Shown here: one piece after another, positions 7,344-16,963 of the stretch
How positions within the stretch are numbered: the first letter of the stretch is position 1
Layout: each line of letters begins with the position of its first letter
Assembly: GCA_022360445.1 (NCBI GenBank)
Contig: JAKSCV010000059.1
Span: forward strand, 11,897-75,896
Direction of reading: 5' to 3'
Length of the DNA stretch: 64,000 nucleotides
Origin: Gammaproteobacteria bacterium
GTDB lineage: Bacteria; Pseudomonadota; Gammaproteobacteria; UBA5861
The notes under the pieces: generated by a model
The model's database searches: none
Told to the model about the DNA's origin: nothing
Seen by the model: only the letters and a program-made list of their open reading frames with translations
Translations under genes and position numbers: made by a program

Positions 7344-9479
7344 CTATTTTGCCAGCCGCCAGTGGTGAAATTTTTCAACCCAGCGGAGCAGACCCTCGGG
7401 TGCGTGGGCCCGTTTCCATTCACCTGCGACGTATTTGTTCGCTTCAGCCATTGTCGGATAAATATGGATTGTGCCCAGGATTTTATTGAGGCCAATGCCG
7501 TGTTTCATGGCGGATACGTACTCGGCAATTAAGTCGCCGGCATGAGCGCCCACGAGGGTGACGCCCAGAATTTTATCTTTACCTGGGACTGTGAGGACTT
7601 TAATAAAGCCGTGTGCTTCTTCGTCGGCAATCGCTCTGTCCAGGTCATCAATTCCGTAGGTGGTGACCTCATAAGGAATCTCTTGCTCTTTTGCTTCCAG
7701 TTCGTTGAGTCCGACGCGGGCGACTTCCGGGTCCGTAAACGTTGACCAGGGAATCACTGAGTAATCCGCCTTGAATTTTTTGAACATGCCAAACAGGGCG
7801 TTGACCGATGCATACCAGGCTTGATGAGCGGCGGCATGAGTGAATTGATAAGGGCCTGCCACATCGCCACAGGCGTAAATGTTCGGGTAGTTGGTTTGCA
7901 GGAATGCATTGGTTTTGATGGTTCTGCGGTCACTGATTTCTATGCCGAGCTCTTCGGCTCCGAACCCTTGGGTATTGGCTGCTCGCCCAACGGCCAGTAG
8001 CACGTTGTCAAAGGGGATTTCAACGGTGTTGCCTTCATTCTCACAGACTAACACCTTCTCTGTTTCACGGACTTCAAAAGATTTAGCCTGGTGCTTTGTG
8101 AGAACGTGGATATTCTCTCGTTCGAAGCGGTGTTGAACGGTCTCTGATACGTCCGGGTCTTCTCGCATCATTAATCGCGGTTGTTGCTGGACAATCGAAA
8201 CCTGACTGCCGAAACGGGCGAAACACTGTGCCAGCTCACAGCCAATCGGCCCCCCGCCGATGACGATGAGGCGCTGCGGCAGTGTGCGCAGGCCCCAGAC
8301 GGTGTCGGATGTTAAGTAATCGATTTTTTCCAAGCCAGGAATGGGTGGAACAAAAGGGCGTGCGCCGGTGGCAATGATGATATTGCGTGTACTGAGTGTA
8401 CGGCCGTTGACGTGTACATGGTAAGGCGATGTTATTTTGGCTTCGCCTTCAATCACGTCCACGCCCAATCCGGTATAGCGTTCGACAGAGTCATGGGGCT
8501 CAACGGTGCGAATAACCCGGTGAACGCGATCCATGATGTCTGCAAAATCAAATTCGGCAGAGGCCGTTTTAAAGCCCAGCTCGTGCGCATGCTGTGTTTG
8601 TTGATAGAAGCTGGCCGAGCGAATCAGCGCTTTGGAAGGCACGCAGCCGGTGTTCAGGCAGTCACCACCCATTTTGTGCCGTTCGATGAGTGTCACCTTC
8701 GATTTGACCGTCGCAGCGATGTACGAACTGACAAGCCCGGCCGAACCGGCACCGATCACCACGAGGTTGCGGTCAAACGATTGAGGTTTGGGGTAGTTTT
8801 TCAAAACCCGTCGTGACTGAATCAACGATACCAGTTTTTTTGCCATTAATGGGAAGAAGCCGAGCAGAACAAAAGAGGCAATCAGCGCAGGTGACAGAAT
8901 GCCAGAAAGTGACTCTATTTTGGCCAGCTGCGTGCCGGCGTTGACGTAAACCAAGGTGCCCGGGAGCATGCCAATTTGGCTGACGAGAAAGAAGGTGATC
9001 ACGCGGATCGGCATTAAACCCATCAAGAGGTTAATCAAGAAAAACGGGAAGATGGGCACCAGCCTTAGGGTAAAGAGGTAGAAGGCGCCCTCTTTTTCAA
9101 CGCCCTCGTTGATGGTTTTGAGTTTGTCACGGAATTTATTTTGTACGCTGTCGCGGAGAATGTAGCGCGAAGCCAGAAAGGCAATGGTCGCTCCGATAGT
9201 GGATGCGAAAGAGACCAGAATCAAACCGGTGAATGTACCAAAAACGGCTCCTCCAGCCAATGTCATGACGGCGGCGCCTGGCAGGGAAACGCCGGTAATG
9301 ATGACATAGACGATGAAATAAATGGCCAATGTTTGGAGTGGATGAGCCTGGTAATAGGTTTGCAAACTCTCTTGCTGCGACTTGATGTAGTCCAAGGTGA
9401 GGTATTGGCCGAGGTCAAAGGCATAGAAAAGTCCAGCCAACACAATAAATACGGCAATGATGAGAAGTTTTTTGGCCAT
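7344..9479 (-). CDS. Fusion protein: N-terminal DedA/TVP38 membrane domain plus C-terminal class I pyridine nucleotide-disulfide oxidoreductase (lipoamide dehydrogenase/glutathione reductase-like)
   Basis: The N-terminal ~230 aa are multi-TM (VFGTFTGLILVSFASTIGATIAFLASRYILR). They are followed by a GAGSAG FAD-binding motif, the redox-active GGDCLNTGCVPSK motif, and a C-terminal HIYPTMAE His-Glu dyad motif. Confidence 0.85.
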   Translation of the reverse strand: MAKKLLIIAVFIVLAGLFYAFDLGQYLTLDYIKSQQESLQTYYQAHPLQTLAIYFIVYVIITGVSLPGAAVMTLAGGAVFGTFTGLILVSFASTIGATIAFLASRYILRDSVQNKFRDKLKTINEGVEKEGAFYLFTLRLVPIFPFFLINLLMGLMPIRVITFFLVSQIGMLPGTLVYVNAGTQLAKIESLSGILSPALIASFVLLGFFPLMAKKLVSLIQSRRVLKNYPKPQSFDRNLVVIGAGSAGLVSSYIAATVKSKVTLIERHKMGGDCLNTGCVPSKALIRSASFYQQTQHAHELGFKTASAEFDFADIMDRVHRVIRTVEPHDSVERYTGLGVDVIEGEAKITSPYHVHVNGRTLSTRNIIIATGARPFVPPIPGLEKIDYLTSDTVWGLRTLPQRLIVIGGGPIGCELAQCFARFGSQVSIVQQQPRLMMREDPDVSETVQHRFERENIHVLTKHQAKSFEVRETEKVLVCENEGNTVEIPFDNVLLAVGRAANTQGFGAEELGIEISDRRTIKTNAFLQTNYPNIYACGDVAGPYQFTHAAAHQAWYASVNALFGMFKKFKADYSVIPWSTFTDPEVARVGLNELEAKEQEIPYEVTTYGIDDLDRAIADEEAHGFIKVLTVPGKDKILGVTLVGAHAGDLIAEYVSAMKHGIGLNKILGTIHIYPTMAEANKYVAGEWKRAHAPEGLLRWVEKFHHWRLAK

Positions 9480-9536
9480 AATGGGTGCTGCCCTGTGTTA
9501 TTTTTGTGTGAAAAGGTGTGCAGCTAGTCTGACGCG

Positions 9537-10511
9537 CTAATAAATATTTAGTTCAATTTTGCTGAAAATGGTGTTTATTTTTTCCTTACTTGAGGCGTGT
9601 ATTGCCTGATCGACCAGGTCTTGAGTCAGGTGGGGCGCAAACAGCTCCATGAAGTCGTACATGTAGCGCCGTAAAAACATATTGCGGCGGAAGCCTATTT
9701 TTGTGCTGCTGTTGGGGAAAAGGTGGCTTGCGTCGAGAGAAATTAGGTCTTTATCATCGCTCGGATTGTAGGCCATTCTGGCAATAATGCCGATGCCGAT
9801 ACCCAGGCGGACATAGGTTTTGATGATGTCAGAGTCGACAGCAGTAAAGACCACGTTAGGCTTTAAATTGGTTTTTGCAAAAGTGTGGTCGAGCTGTGAA
9901 CGCCCCGTAAAGCCGAAAACGTATGTGACAATCGGGTGTGCCGCAATTTGTTCAAGTGATAGTTTTTTTACATCTTCCAATGGATGTCCTGGCGGAACAA
10001 GAACACAGCGATTCCAAAGGTAGCAGGGCATCATGATTAAGCGGTCATTTTCTGCAATTGCTTCGGTGGCAATGGCGATGTCGACTTCTCCTGACGCCGC
10101 CATTTCAGCGATCTCCTCGGGCCGCCCTTGTTGCATTTGCAGGTTAATGCCGGGGTGGCGGCGGCGAAACTCGCGTACAACAGGGGGCAGAGCATAACGG
10201 GCTTGTGTGTGTGTGGTGGCAATTCGCAGTGTACCGTGTGCGTCATCTTTGAATTCGGAGGCCAAGTGCCGGATATTGTTGACTTCATCCATGATGTTGT
10301 TGGCGCGCTCAAGAATCTGTTTGCCGACGGGGGTGATATGTGTCAGGTTTTTTCCACTGCGGACAAAGAGTTGTACGCCAAGTTCTTCTTCCAGTAATTT
10401 AATCTGCTTACTGACACCCGGCTGTGAGGTGTAAAGCTTTTCTGATGCGGCGGAGATATTGAGGTTGTTGTTTGCAATCGCAATCAAGTAGCGAAGTTGT
10501 TGCAATTTCAT
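9537..10511 (-). CDS. cysB: LysR-family transcriptional regulator CysB
   Basis: MKLQQLRYLIAIANNNLNISAASEKLYTSQPGVSKQIKLLEEELGVQLF is near-identical in pattern to E. coli CysB, including the C-terminal TKIGFRRNMFLRRYMYDF. The track ORF starts 22 codons upstream; Met23 was chosen. Confidence 0.85.
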   Translation of the reverse strand: MKLQQLRYLIAIANNNLNISAASEKLYTSQPGVSKQIKLLEEELGVQLFVRSGKNLTHITPVGKQILERANNIMDEVNNIRHLASEFKDDAHGTLRIATTHTQARYALPPVVREFRRRHPGINLQMQQGRPEEIAEMAASGEVDIAIATEAIAENDRLIMMPCYLWNRCVLVPPGHPLEDVKKLSLEQIAAHPIVTYVFGFTGRSQLDHTFAKTNLKPNVVFTAVDSDIIKTYVRLGIGIGIIARMAYNPSDDKDLISLDASHLFPNSSTKIGFRRNMFLRRYMYDFMELFAPHLTQDLVDQAIHASSKEKINTIFSKIELNIY

Positions 10512-10643
10512 GAGCTGATTCCAACAAAAAGTTCTGTTGAGTATACAGCGATTTTTTTGAAATTCTGCCAGCACCAAAAAAAGAAATAAATGACGCTGCT
10601 AGGGAAATGCCGGGGGTGGCAAGTGTTCCCCGGCGGTATTGCG

Positions 10644-11792
10644 TTAAAGACGCATGGTTTGTGCAATGAGAGTGCGTTGAATTTCGGATGTGCCGCCGCC
10701 GATCGTGGCTTGCATGCCTTCTCTAAAGTAACGTTCCATGTCGGCCTCTGGCAACATGCCGTGTCCACCCATGATCTGGATGCCCTGACGGCTGACTTTT
10801 TGCAATGTTTCAGACGCGTGGAGTTTTGCCATCGAAACTTCCCGCAGCGCGTTCTGCCCGGCATTCATCATGGCGGCGGCGCGGTAAGTCAGCAAGCGAG
10901 CGGCATCCACTTCCGTCTGCATGTCGGCCAGCATGTGGCGTAATGTCTGGAACTTAAAAATGGGTTGGCCAAAGGCCTCGCGTTGGTGTGCATAAGCCAG
11001 TGCATCGTCAACGGCCTGCTGCGCACAACCCACGTATCCTGCGGCCACCGCCACTCTTTCAAGTTCGAGATGCCCGGTGATGATTTTCCAGCCTTGGCCT
11101 TCTTTGCCTAAGCGATTTTCAACCGGTATTTTGGCGCCATCTAGAAAAATCTGGTTGGTACCAGTGCCGCGTCGAGCCAGTGTTTTTAATTTGCGTAACT
11201 CCATGTTGGGTGTGTCATTAGGGATGATTAGAATAGATAGCCCTTCCCGTTTGGGTGCGTCGGGATCTGTTCTTACGAGCATGCAAATAATGCAGTTTTT
11301 CGCGCTGGAACCGGAACACCATTGCTTGAGCCCTGTTACAGAATAGTGATCTCCCTCTTTTACAGCACGTGTAGTGGCCGCTGCGGCATCTGAACCCGCA
11401 TGGGGTTCTGAGATCGAGACCGCAAACCGGCCAGTGCCGTCAATAAACGGCCTTAAAAATTTTTCTTGCTGCTCAGGGGTGCCGTATTTGACGAGATTTT
11501 GTGCCGTGAACTGGGAAACGCCGAGTGTGGCAACGAAATCGACGCCGTACTTGCCCATAGCCTCGTTAAAAATGGCATAGGACATGGCGTCTGCGCCCAT
11601 GCCGCCTAATTCCTCGGGGATGAGCATGGTCATCATGCCTTGCTCATGTAGCTTGTCAAAGCCCTCGTAGTAGTATTCGCGGTTCATGTCGCATTCGCGA
11701 ATGTATTCGCGGGTAATTTCCTTGTCCATAACGCGATGGCAAGTATCTTTCCACTGCTGTTGTTCTTCGGTTAAAAAATTCCAAAAGCTCAT
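10644..11792 (-). CDS. Acyl-CoA dehydrogenase, IVD-like (copy 1)
   Basis: Full ACAD fold. It has GGGTSEIQR where MCAD has YEGTSEIQR, and a Glu in helix G (LELERV), which is the isovaleryl/long-chain arrangement. It is about 85% identical to the copy at 51840..52988. Confidence 0.85.
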   Translation of the reverse strand: MSFWNFLTEEQQQWKDTCHRVMDKEITREYIRECDMNREYYYEGFDKLHEQGMMTMLIPEELGGMGADAMSYAIFNEAMGKYGVDFVATLGVSQFTAQNLVKYGTPEQQEKFLRPFIDGTGRFAVSISEPHAGSDAAAATTRAVKEGDHYSVTGLKQWCSGSSAKNCIICMLVRTDPDAPKREGLSILIIPNDTPNMELRKLKTLARRGTGTNQIFLDGAKIPVENRLGKEGQGWKIITGHLELERVAVAAGYVGCAQQAVDDALAYAHQREAFGQPIFKFQTLRHMLADMQTEVDAARLLTYRAAAMMNAGQNALREVSMAKLHASETLQKVSRQGIQIMGGHGMLPEADMERYFREGMQATIGGGTSEIQRTLIAQTMRL

Positions 11793-12049
11793 GAGACGAG
11801 CCTCCCTCTGTGACGTATTGTTTTATAGATTGCATGGGTGGAGAGTTTATTGTTTTAATGGTGATATTTCTCTCAAAAGGTTCTCCCATTGAACCGGTCC
11901 TGTCAAGGTGCGATGTTTCAAAATTGGGTAAGCATATGTTGTTAAGGAGCCTCTGATTAAGTCCATGATATTTCTGGCTTACAGGTTTTTCGTGGTTGAG
12001 ACGTGGGTTTGAAACAATGTCTAGGTCCTGCGAACAGCCACAATAAAGA

Positions 12050-12090
12050 GCACGGGAAACCTGACAAGCCCAGAAGGGCGTGCGTTTTTT
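12050..12090 (+). terminator. Orphan rho-independent terminator-like hairpin followed by a T6 run
   Basis: GCACGGGAAACCTGACAAGCCCAGAAGGGCGTGC then TTTTTT. No plus-strand gene lies upstream of it within the 400-bp intergenic region. Confidence 0.35.
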
Positions 12091-12197
12091 AATTTTCAAG
12101 ACAGTAGCGTTCGATTCAATTGATATTGATTTATGTCATGAATCACGTGTGATTTTCGTGTTACGTTTCGAATGCGCTTAGGCTATTATCTGGCCTT

Positions 12198-12980
12198 TTG
12201 AATCAAAGGGTCCGTGTCTTTATGGTTGAGTGTGTCGAATTGTTGGGGTATCTGAATCAACTGCTCAAACCGGCTGACTTTAATGACTACTGCCCTAACG
12301 GCCTGCAAGTGGAAGGCTGCCCGATAGTGAGTCGTCTGGTTACTGGGGTTACCGCTTCACAAGCGTTGATTGAAAAAGCGATTGAATTCGAAGCTGATGC
12401 TGTTTTAGTACACCACGGTTATTTTTGGAAAGGTGAGTCTACGGTTGTGACGGGGATGAAACGTCAGCGTTTACGCCTTTTGTTACAGCACGACATTAAC
12501 CTGCTCGCTTACCACCTACCGTTGGATGCCCACCCTTTATACGGGAATAATGCACAGCTTGCCGCTTTGCTTAATATTTGTGTTGACAAGGAACGTGCAG
12601 AAAAAGGGGGTGGGTTGCTTTGGTCAGGTATATTACCCGACGCTTTTACGGCCGGTGATTTTGCCAAATACCTTCAAGAGAAGCTTGCGGGGCGACCGCC
12701 ACTGCACATTGGTGATCAACAGAGAACTATTTCCACCATTGCTTGGTGTACCGGGGGTGGGCAAGGCTTGATTGAGGCCGCTTGCGAACTTGGGGTGGAC
12801 GTCTTTTTAACCGGAGAAGCGTCAGAGCAAACGACGCATGTTGCACGAGAGCGAGGCATTGAATTTTTTGCAGCGGGACATCATGCGACTGAACGAGGCG
12901 GAGTTAAAGCCCTGGGAGAACATTTGGCAGATGTTTACAATATTGATAGTCAGTTCATTGATATCGACAATCCTGTTTGA
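12198..12980 (+). CDS. ybgI: Nif3-family dinuclear metal-centre protein (YbgI/YqfO-like)
   Basis: PNGLQVEG...[33 protein letters not shown]...[19 protein letters not shown]...[11 protein letters not shown] aligns along the whole length of E. coli YbgI. The start may be an internal Met. Confidence 0.85.
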   Translation: MNQRVRVFMVECVELLGYLNQLLKPADFNDYCPNGLQVEGCPIVSRLVTGVTASQALIEKAIEFEADAVLVHHGYFWKGESTVVTGMKRQRLRLLLQHDINLLAYHLPLDAHPLYGNNAQLAALLNICVDKERAEKGGGLLWSGILPDAFTAGDFAKYLQEKLAGRPPLHIGDQQRTISTIAWCTGGGQGLIEAACELGVDVFLTGEASEQTTHVARERGIEFFAAGHHATERGGVKALGEHLADVYNIDSQFIDIDNPV

Positions 12981-13077
12981 CCTTAAAAGTAAAGTGTCTT
13001 TCCAGTGTAAGCGGCGGTGTTTTGTGATAGAATTAGCAAGGTTTTGTAAGTTATTTTTGTGATTGGAGAGCTGTAGG

Positions 13078-13686
13078 ATGAGTAGCGAAAACGTGGTGAA
13101 TGCAGGATCATTCTCCACTGCCAATATTGATAAAGGGCGGCGGCGCTTTCTTATCGCGACAACCAGTGTTGTCGGCGCCGTAGGTGTTGTTGGGCTGGCA
13201 ACACCATTCATATCTTCCATGTTACCTAGTGCGAAGGCCAAAGCTGCTGGGGCACCTGTTGAGGCTGACATAAGTAAGTTAGAACCCGGACAGCTTGTGA
13301 CCTACGAATGGCGGGGTAAACCTGTTTGGATTGTGCGACGAACAGATGATGCACTTGAAAGTTTGTCTTCTGTGGTCGATAAGCTACGGGACCCTGAGTC
13401 AGACGAATCACTCCAACCTGAGTACACCAAGAACACTTGGCGCTCCATTAATAAGGAATATCTCGTTTTAATCGGTGTATGCACGCACTTAGGGTGTTCG
13501 CCGACTTACATGCCAGAGATTGAAGGTGATTGGCGTGGTGGCTTTTTCTGCCCTTGCCATGGTTCAAAGTTTGATTTTGCGGGGCGCGTGTATAAAAGCG
13601 TCCCAGCTCCTTTGAATCTTGAGGTGCCTCCACACCATTTTTTGAGTGACAACCGTATATTGATTGGTGAAGACGGGGTTGCGTAA
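13078..13686 (+). CDS. petA: Ubiquinol-cytochrome c reductase Rieske iron-sulfur subunit
   Basis: Rieske boxes CTHLGCSP and CPCHGSKFD, plus a Tat-like RRRFL motif. Met6 with a GGAG RBS was chosen as start. Confidence 0.9.
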   Translation: MSSENVVNAGSFSTANIDKGRRRFLIATTSVVGAVGVVGLATPFISSMLPSAKAKAAGAPVEADISKLEPGQLVTYEWRGKPVWIVRRTDDALESLSSVVDKLRDPESDESLQPEYTKNTWRSINKEYLVLIGVCTHLGCSPTYMPEIEGDWRGGFFCPCHGSKFDFAGRVYKSVPAPLNLEVPPHHFLSDNRILIGEDGVA

Positions 13687-14921
13687 TGAGTAAAATACTA
13701 GAAAATACGCTGCAATGGGTGGATGAACGATTCCCGTTGACAAAAATGTGGGAAGAACATCTTTCCAAATACTACGCGCCGAAGAATTTTAACTTTTGGT
13801 ACTACTTCGGTTCGTTGGCTTTATTAGTCCTGGTCATACAAATCGTGACGGGAATTTTCCTCACAATGAACTACAAGCCAGACGGAGAATTAGCCTTTAG
13901 ATCCGTCGAGTATATTATGAGAGATGTGGAGTGGGGCTGGCTGATCCGTTACATGCATTCAACCGGCGCTTCCATGTTCTTCGTTGTCGTTTACCTGCAC
14001 ATGTTCAGAGGGCTTATGTATGGCTCGTATCAGAAGCCACGTGAGTTAATCTGGATTTTTGGAATGTTGATTTACCTGGCATTAATGGCGGAAGCATTCA
14101 TGGGCTATCTGCTGCCTTGGGGGCAGATGTCATATTGGGGAGCACAAGTCATCATTTCTCTGTTTGGCGCGATTCCCTTCGGTATCGGTGACGCATTGAC
14201 CTTGTGGTTAAAGGGGGATTACATCATTTCAGATGCAACGCTGAACCGCTTTTTTGCCTTGCATGTGATTGCAGTACCGCTGATTCTTTTGATGCTTGTT
14301 GTGGCACATATTTTGGCATTGCATGAGGTGGGTTCGAATAACCCGGATGGTGTCGAAATTAAAAAGAAAAAGGATGAGAATGGAATACCATTGGATGGCA
14401 TCCCTTTTCACCCCTATTACACAGTCAAAGATCTTTTTGGGGTAGCGGTCTTTCTGATCGTCTTTTTTGCCATCGTATTCTTTGCTCCCGAGATGTATGG
14501 GTACTTCCTTGAATATGTTAACTATGTTCCCGCTGATCCTTTGAAAACACCGGAGCACATTGCGCCTGTTTGGTATTTCACACCTTATTACGCTATTTTG
14601 CGTGCCATTCCCGATAAGCTGGGTGGTGTGATTGCTATGGGTGCAGCGATTGTTGTGCTGTTTTTCCTGCCTTGGATTGACAGAAGTAATGTTCGTTCCG
14701 TCCGTTTTCGATCCTGGATGTATAAGCTCAATCTGGCGGTGTTTGTTGTCGCCTTCATCTTGCTTGGTGTCGTCGGTATCAAGCCTCCTGATGAGCCTTG
14801 GAAGACAATAGGTATCGTTTGTACAATTTTATATTTTGGATTTTTCGTGGCGCTTTGGCTGATCAGCAAATACGAAAATACCAAACCCGTACCGGAAAGG
14901 GTGGAATATGATGCACATTAA
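13686..14921 (+). CDS. petB: Cytochrome b
   Basis: 411 aa, multi-TM, with the haem-ligand histidine spacing typical of cytochrome b (YMHSTGASMFF, HILALHEVGSNNP). Confidence 0.9.
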   Translation: MSKILENTLQWVDERFPLTKMWEEHLSKYYAPKNFNFWYYFGSLALLVLVIQIVTGIFLTMNYKPDGELAFRSVEYIMRDVEWGWLIRYMHSTGASMFFVVVYLHMFRGLMYGSYQKPRELIWIFGMLIYLALMAEAFMGYLLPWGQMSYWGAQVIISLFGAIPFGIGDALTLWLKGDYIISDATLNRFFALHVIAVPLILLMLVVAHILALHEVGSNNPDGVEIKKKKDENGIPLDGIPFHPYYTVKDLFGVAVFLIVFFAIVFFAPEMYGYFLEYVNYVPADPLKTPEHIAPVWYFTPYYAILRAIPDKLGGVIAMGAAIVVLFFLPWIDRSNVRSVRFRSWMYKLNLAVFVVAFILLGVVGIKPPDEPWKTIGIVCTILYFGFFVALWLISKYENTKPVPERVEYDAH

Positions 14922-15681
14922 GCGGTTTATTTTTGCAGGCTTGATAGCCACCATCATGCCCATGGGAGTGTTAGCTGCAGGCAGTGGTTTTCCTCTTGAT
15001 CGTGCTCCTGTGGATTTTGAGAATAAAGCTTCTCTTCAGCGAGGTGCCCAAACGTTTATGAATTATTGCCTTGGTTGCCATTCTGCTGATTACCACCGGT
15101 ATAACCGGATGGCTATTGATTTAGACTTAACAGAAGATCAGGTACGAGAAAATCTCATTTTTACGACGGACGCCTCAGGAGAGCCCACAAAAGTAGGCTC
15201 TCTCATTGAGAACAATATGCCTAATCAGTATGCCAAACAAGTTTTCGGTGTGGTGCCTCCCAATCTGGCCCTGATTGCAAAATCGAGAGGGGCTGATTGG
15301 CTATACACTTATTTGCGCACGTTCTATCTTGACTCGTCGCGTGAAACGGTTGGTGTTAACAATAAAGTTTTTCCCGATGTTGGGATGCCTCATGTATTGT
15401 GGGAGTTGCAAGGCTGGCAGAAACCTATTTATGAACAGGCAGCCGACTCGAACGGAGAAGAGCACAAACAATTTGTCGGCTTTGAGATAGTGACTGAAGG
15501 CCAGCTGTCTCCGAAAGAATATGACAAACTGGTTGGCGATCTTGTCAATTTTCTCGCTTACTTAAGCGATCCGTACAAGTTGCAGAGGGAGCGCACAGGG
15601 ATGTGGGTATTGGCCTTCTTGGTACTCTTGGCCATCTTTGCCTATATACTCAAGAAAGAATATTGGAGAGATATCCACTAA
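14908..15681 (+). CDS. petC: Cytochrome c1
   Basis: Signal peptide, CLGCHS haem-binding motif, and a C-terminal TM anchor. Confidence 0.85.
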   Translation: MMHIKRFIFAGLIATIMPMGVLAAGSGFPLDRAPVDFENKASLQRGAQTFMNYCLGCHSADYHRYNRMAIDLDLTEDQVRENLIFTTDASGEPTKVGSLIENNMPNQYAKQVFGVVPPNLALIAKSRGADWLYTYLRTFYLDSSRETVGVNNKVFPDVGMPHVLWELQGWQKPIYEQAADSNGEEHKQFVGFEIVTEGQLSPKEYDKLVGDLVNFLAYLSDPYKLQRERTGMWVLAFLVLLAIFAYILKKEYWRDIH

Positions 15682-15754
15682 TTAAGAGCCTCCGGTGTTT
15701 TAACTGTAAACGATACCGTTACACGCGTGCGGGTTGGTCCGCCGGGTAAGCATT

Positions 15755-15784
15755 GGACGGGCGTTATGCCCGTCCTTTATTTTT
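15755..15784 (+). terminator. Rho-independent terminator after petC
   Basis: GGACGGGC-GTTA-GCCCGTCC followed by TTTATTTTT. Confidence 0.8.
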
Positions 15785-15820
15785 AAATTCATACCAATAG
15801 ATACAAAGTGGAGAGTAATC

Positions 15821-16444
15821 TTGAGCGCAATCGCTAACCGCAGATCGGCAATGGTCCTATTTTCTTCTTATTCTAATCCGCACTGTCATCGGGTTCGGGT
15901 TGTTTTGGCTGAAAAAGATATTGCTGTTGATATTGAGTATGTCGACCCTGATAACCTTCCAGAAGATCTGTTACATATTAATCCTTATCACTCGATTCCC
16001 ACACTGGTTGATCGAGACTTGGTTTTGTATGACTCTCGTGTTATCTCCGAGTACCTTGATGAACGTTTTCCGCATCCCCCGTTGATGCCTGTCGATCCGG
16101 TTTCTCGTGCCTGTTCACGTCTTGCTCTACACCGGATAGAGAAAGACTGGTATAGCCAATTGCCAGATTTGGAAAGTGGCGATACCAAAAAAATGTCAAA
16201 AGCTGCAAAAATACTAAAAGAGAGCTTAATTGCGTCAACAGAGGTTTTCAGTGCAAAACCCTTCTTTTTGAGTGACGAATACTCTTTGGTCGATGCCACG
16301 ATTGCTCCGCTTCTCTGGCGTTTGAAAAAATATGGTGTTGAGATTCCCAAAAGCGCCACTTCAATCCATGCCTACGCGGAGAGGATTTTTGCCCGGGAAG
16401 CTTTTCAAGCCAGTTTGACTGAAGAAGAGCGGGAGATGTGCTAG
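15821..16444 (+). CDS. sspA: Stringent starvation protein A
   Basis: SAIANRRSAMVLFSSYSNPHCHRVRVVLAEKD...SIPTLVDRDLVLYDSRVISEYLDERFPHPPLMPV parallels E. coli SspA. A TTG start with a GGAGAG RBS was chosen; the track ORF starts further upstream. Confidence 0.85.
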   Translation: MSAIANRRSAMVLFSSYSNPHCHRVRVVLAEKDIAVDIEYVDPDNLPEDLLHINPYHSIPTLVDRDLVLYDSRVISEYLDERFPHPPLMPVDPVSRACSRLALHRIEKDWYSQLPDLESGDTKKMSKAAKILKESLIASTEVFSAKPFFLSDEYSLVDATIAPLLWRLKKYGVEIPKSATSIHAYAERIFAREAFQASLTEEEREMC

Positions 16445-16445
16445 T

Positions 16446-16859
16446 TTGGCCGAAAATACAATGGGTTCGAACCGGCCCTATTTAGTGCGAGCGTTTTATG
16501 AATGGATCGTGGATAATAATTGCACGCCTTTTTTATTAGTAGATGCAACAAAGCCAGGCGTTGTCGTGCCGACAGAATATATTAAAGATGGCCGGATTAT
16601 TCTTAATCTAGGGCCGTCTGCAGTTCAGGGTTTATCGTTAGGTAATGATGCCATTATGTTCAGTGCTCGATTTAGTGGCCGAGAGCATGAGTTATACATT
16701 CCAGTCATTTCTGTGATAGCAGTATATGCTAAAGAAAATGGTCAAGGGATGGTTTTTAATGAGGGGGAAAGCGAGCCGCCTCCACCTTCGCCCTCTACTC
16801 CAGATGGGAGCGCGTCTTCTACCACAAAAAAACGCCCGAACTTAAAAGTTGTCAAATAA
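16446..16859 (+). CDS. sspB: ClpXP specificity-enhancing factor SspB
   Basis: RPYLVRAFYEWIVDNNCTPFLLVDATKPGVVVP...ILNLGPSAV matches E. coli SspB. It lies immediately after sspA. Confidence 0.85.
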   Translation: MAENTMGSNRPYLVRAFYEWIVDNNCTPFLLVDATKPGVVVPTEYIKDGRIILNLGPSAVQGLSLGNDAIMFSARFSGREHELYIPVISVIAVYAKENGQGMVFNEGESEPPPPSPSTPDGSASSTTKKRPNLKVVK

Positions 16860-16931
16860 GGTGTTTTGTGCGCTAAGGTGAGTGATTTGACCTTAATGAG
16901 TTGACGTGTTGCTGTTTGATGGGTGTTCTGC

Positions 16932-16963
16932 GTTGTTATTCATTTGGATTGCCGAATAACAAC
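16932..16963. terminator. Hairpin GTTGTTATTC-N12-GAATAACAAC between convergent sspB and diaA; it overlaps the diaA stop
   Basis: Read directly. Confidence 0.4.

Noticed and set aside
11656-12099. 147-aa minus-strand ORF upstream of the acyl-CoA dehydrogenase
   Set aside because: It overlaps the ACAD start by about 140 nt and has no recognisable domain or membrane/secretion features. Its composition is not protein-like, so it is treated as a non-coding region.
12822-13271. 149-aa minus ORF spanning the nif3 end and petA start
   Set aside because: It overlaps two well-supported plus-strand genes and their intergenic region. There is no homology.
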